Assembly (NCBI GenBank): GCA_964588165.1
Contig: CAZPMS010000006.1
Coordinates: 3,425 to 67,424 of the forward strand
Origin: an uncultured Gammaproteobacteria bacterium
Lineage (GTDB): Bacteria; Patescibacteriota; Patescibacteriia; UBA1558; UBA10009
Reading direction: 5' to 3'
DNA length: 64,000 nt
Shown: positions 61,630 through 64,000 of the stretch, one piece after another
Layout: every line of letters begins with the position of its first letter
Position numbering within the stretch: the first letter of the stretch is position 1
Notes under the pieces: model-generated
The model's input: the letters and a program-made list of their open reading frames with translations, nothing else
Told to the model about the DNA's origin: nothing
The model's database searches: none
Program-made: the position numbers and the translations under genes

Positions 61630-61766
61630 CAGATTTTAAATCTTTTTTATATGATGCGGACAGATTTTAAATCTGCCCCTTTCTTACCGCTAACCACTTT
61701 ACCTATTTCGAAAACTTTCTCACCTGATTTTTCCAATTCTGAACGAACAGATTTTAAATCTGCCCC
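61630..61766. repeat. three copies of the 15-bp palindrome CAGATTT-T-AAATCTG at the purM 3' end
   Basis: Copies at 61630-61643 (14/15), 61661-61675 and 61748-61762. The last two are embedded in the 20-mer ACAGATTTTAAATCTGCCCC, 87 bp apart. Confidence 0.75.
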
Positions 61767-62684
61767 GACGATTAATACCATGCCAATGCCCATATTAAAA
61801 ACTCTATACATTTCTTCTTCTGCCACTTCTCCAACTTTTTGGATTAATTTAAAAATTGGCAGTATGTCCCAGGAATGTTTTTTTATCTCAACAGATAAAC
61901 GTTTTGGCAAAACTCTGGGAATATTATCTATAAATCCACCGCCAGTTATATGAGCAATACCGTTTATTTTTTCAACTAAAGGCAAAACTGACTTTACATA
62001 AGATTTATGTGGCATAGCCAACTCTTTGCCTAAACTAAAATTCAGTTCATCAAAATGGCTATCGGCCGTGTAATTATTTGCTTCAAAAAATATCTTTCTA
62101 ATTAAAGATGCGCCGTTAGTATGCATGCCGGATGATGCTAATCCCAGTAAAACATCACCTTCTTTAATTTTTTCACCGGTGATTATTTTATCTTTTTCTA
62201 CAATACCCGTAATACAGCCGGCTACATCATGTTCGCCTTTAACGTAGACTCCCGGCATTTCTGCAGTTTCTCCGCCAATTAAACTGACTCCGTTTTCCAT
62301 GCAGGCTTTGGCCATGCCTGTAACTATTTCTTCTATTTCTTTAGGATCAAGCTTATCGGCAGCTATGTAGTCTAAAAATGTTAAAGGTTTAGCTCCTTGG
62401 CACAAAATGTCATCACAGCAATGGTTAACAATATCCTCACCAACAGTTTCTAGGTTACCAACCATTTTGGCAACTTTAAGCTTAGTGCCTACGCCGTCTA
62501 TGCTTTGGACTAAAATTGGTTGGTTATAATCTTTTAATTGGCTGGCATCATACATGGCTCCAAAGGAACCTAAACCGGTAACCACATTGGCATCAAAAGT
62601 GGCCTTTACTTTATCTTTTATTTTATTTACTGCTTCATTACCGGCATCTATGTTAACACCAGAAGATTTATAACTAATTGACAT
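61647..62684 (-). CDS. purM: AIR synthetase (phosphoribosylformylglycinamidine cyclo-ligase)
   Basis: 345 aa. YKSSGVNIDAGN, DGVGTKL, GGETAEMPG. The C-terminal GADLKSVRII repeats an internal GADLKSVR. Confidence 0.93.
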   Translation of the reverse strand: MSISYKSSGVNIDAGNEAVNKIKDKVKATFDANVVTGLGSFGAMYDASQLKDYNQPILVQSIDGVGTKLKVAKMVGNLETVGEDIVNHCCDDILCQGAKPLTFLDYIAADKLDPKEIEEIVTGMAKACMENGVSLIGGETAEMPGVYVKGEHDVAGCITGIVEKDKIITGEKIKEGDVLLGLASSGMHTNGASLIRKIFFEANNYTADSHFDELNFSLGKELAMPHKSYVKSVLPLVEKINGIAHITGGGFIDNIPRVLPKRLSVEIKKHSWDILPIFKLIQKVGEVAEEEMYRVFNMGIGMVLIVGADLKSVRSELEKSGEKVFEIGKVVSGKKGADLKSVRII

Positions 62685-62746
62685 ATTTTTTACTTATTAA
62701 AAATATTTTAACACCGGCTTGTCCGCCGAAGCCTTGGCGTAGGTGG

Positions 62747-62787
62747 GCATCAATATTAACGCCTGATGATTTATAATCTATTGACAT
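62747..62787 (-). pseudogene. duplicated purM 5' end (first ~14 codons)
   Basis: Minus strand ATGTCAATAGATTATAAATCATCAGGCGTTAATATTGATGC (MSIDYKSSGVNIDA) versus the real MSISYKSSGVNIDA at 62684-62644. A GC hairpin (~62714-62735) lies between the copies. Confidence 0.75.
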
Positions 62788-62808
62788 ATTTTATTTATTA
62801 TATAATAT
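62781..62808 (+). promoter_or_regulatory. sigma70-type promoter of islet ORF 9
   Basis: TTGACA (62781-62786, the reverse complement of the duplicated purM ATGTCAA), N16, TAATAT. Confidence 0.55.
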
Positions 62809-62847
62809 ATATTAATTCGTACCTTTAAACCAACGAGGATTAAAAAA

Positions 62848-63345
62848 ATGCGTTTACGCAGCAGTGTTTTTCTAGCTTTATTACTGTTTTTGCTGTTTGG
62901 TTGTGGATTTATGTTTGAAGAACCGGAACAACCGACCTTTGAAGAAACCCTGAATCTAGTCCAACAATATACCTTTGAAGGGACGGTAGAAAAAACAGAA
63001 ATGCCCATATTTGATACCATTATCATATCTGCAAAGTCTGGAGGAAGAATATACACAATAGGGGTAATGAATCCCAACTGGATCTACTATAACCAAATGG
63101 ATCCTATTGCCCAGTTTGAAAACCCCTTTGATTATGAAAATGTTCATAATCTAAAAAATCAGTTAACAACTGGCTCCCGAATCCGTATTGCTATTAATCA
63201 AGCTCTACCAATTGAATGCAGTGTCCCTTTCAGACTAGTTTACGCAAATAATGATAGTATTCCTTATATCGACTATTTCCTCGAAGGTTTTACTATTCCA
63301 GCATATTTTTCTCCAACTGGTATTACTGAAATACCAATTCCTTGA
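62848..63345 (+). CDS. hypothetical lipoprotein (islet ORF 9)
   Basis: 165 aa. Signal peptide with lipobox LLFGC. SD GAGG. Sits between purM and purL on the opposite strand. Confidence 0.55.
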   Translation: MRLRSSVFLALLLFLLFGCGFMFEEPEQPTFEETLNLVQQYTFEGTVEKTEMPIFDTIIISAKSGGRIYTIGVMNPNWIYYNQMDPIAQFENPFDYENVHNLKNQLTTGSRIRIAINQALPIECSVPFRLVYANNDSIPYIDYFLEGFTIPAYFSPTGITEIPIP

Positions 63346-63361
63346 ATAACTCATTTTCCAA

Positions 63362-63389
63362 ACAGATAGCTTAGGCTGTCTGTTTTTCT
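63362..63389 (+). terminator. terminator of islet ORF 9
   Basis: ACAGATAGC / GCTGTCTGT stem followed by TTTTTC. Confidence 0.6.
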
Positions 63390-63400
63390 TATTTAAAAAA

Positions 63401-64000
63401 CTAATTATTCATTTTATCCCTTAAACCGTTCAACCATTTATCTGCCATTTCTTGAACTGATAAATTGATAATTTCTTGTACCGACGCAATGTCATCCTGA
63501 GCGGAGCCAAAGGATTGCGTCGCTACCTTTAGCGACTGACCACCAGTCTTACCTATTTCAATAGCTTCAATATTATATTTCTCACAAATCTTCTGTACCG
63601 ACGCAACATCCTTAGTTTCTAAAACAAAGCCGCCTGTTTCGGAAAATAATTTCCCTGACGGATAAATTCCGTCAGCTGCGGTTTGGGTGAATTCTATTTC
63701 GCAGCCAATTTTATTTTTCCCATTCCCGCCAAAACACATTTCAGCAAGAGCAACTGCCAATCCACCGTCTGATATATCATGGCAAGCCAACAGTAATTCA
63801 TTATCAATCATATCTGTTACTGCATATATTTGATTTTCTGCCTCTTTAAAATCAGGCTTTGGCACATTGGCACCTAACTCGTTATGGATTTGATAGTAGA
63901 CCGAACCGCCCAGTTCATCTTTACGTTGGCCAATTAATAAAATTGACGAACCGGTTTTTTTAAATTCCATAGTAATGGCCTTATTATAATCCTGAATTCT
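63401..64000 (-). CDS. purL: FGAM synthase II (PurL), C-terminal part; gene continues beyond window end
   Basis: ..LLACHDISDGGLAVALAEMCF.. is typical of the PurL C-terminal AIRS-C domain. The frame stays open to position 64000, and the track start at 63970 is only an internal Met. Confidence 0.88.
   Translation of the reverse strand, partial: RIQDYNKAITMEFKKTGSSILLIGQRKDELGGSVYYQIHNELGANVPKPDFKEAENQIYAVTDMIDNELLLACHDISDGGLAVALAEMCFGGNGKNKIGCEIEFTQTAADGIYPSGKLFSETGGFVLETKDVASVQKICEKYNIEAIEIGKTGGQSLKVATQSFGSAQDDIASVQEIINLSVQEMADKWLNGLRDKMNN
63482..63522 (-). repeat. GTCAT-type hairpin element inserted in frame within purL
   Basis: Plus strand CGACGCAAT-GTCATCCTGAGCGGAGCCAAAGG-ATTGCGTCG, translated as ..ATQSFGSAQDDIAS... 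The 12-mer GTACCGACGCAA is repeated at 63478 and 63595. Confidence 0.6.

Overview
This is an AT-rich, compact bacterial window, roughly 30-37% G+C by eye in native genes. Almost all housekeeping genes lie on the minus strand. Gene content and style suggest a reduced-genome, Patescibacteria/CPR-like organism; that is an inference.

The recognisable backbone is:
- dnaX (partial) and a VirD4/TraG-like ATPase
- corA
- the heat-shock set hrcA(CIRCE)-grpE-hsp20...dnaK-dnaJ
- a MacAB-like ABC efflux set and several transporters
- a tRNA/rpmG cluster (Trp, Thr-UGU, Tyr, Thr-GGU)
- fba-tpiA, scpA-scpB, aspS, asnS, rluB and tRNA-Asn
- a near-complete purine operon: purL-M-Q/S-C-E-B-F-D-N-H

Three unusual layers sit on this backbone.

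1. Every tRNA in the window is accompanied by a decayed 'ghost' copy. Two intact tRNAs (Thr-GGU, Asn) sit inside older disrupted tRNAs of the same anticodon family. One of these has inverted repeats and a 4-bp target duplication. Small GIY-YIG nuclease genes abut or fuse to tRNA-Tyr and tRNA-Trp. All ten short GC-rich hairpin insertions in the ghosts lie in tRNA loops.

2. An 83-bp MITE family has GTCAT... terminal inverted repeats, and one copy carries a GIY-YIG gene.

3. Nine GC-rich, moron-like single-gene units have canonical TTGACA-N17 promoters, strong Shine-Dalgarno sites (absent from native genes) and hairpin terminators. Most lie antisense to the backbone. Some are flanked by duplicated ends of host genes, and some are preceded by 11-bp-phased ATCWGYG heptamer arrays.

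Everything was read by eye. Hairpin and array coordinates are accurate to about 2 nt. No database search was run.
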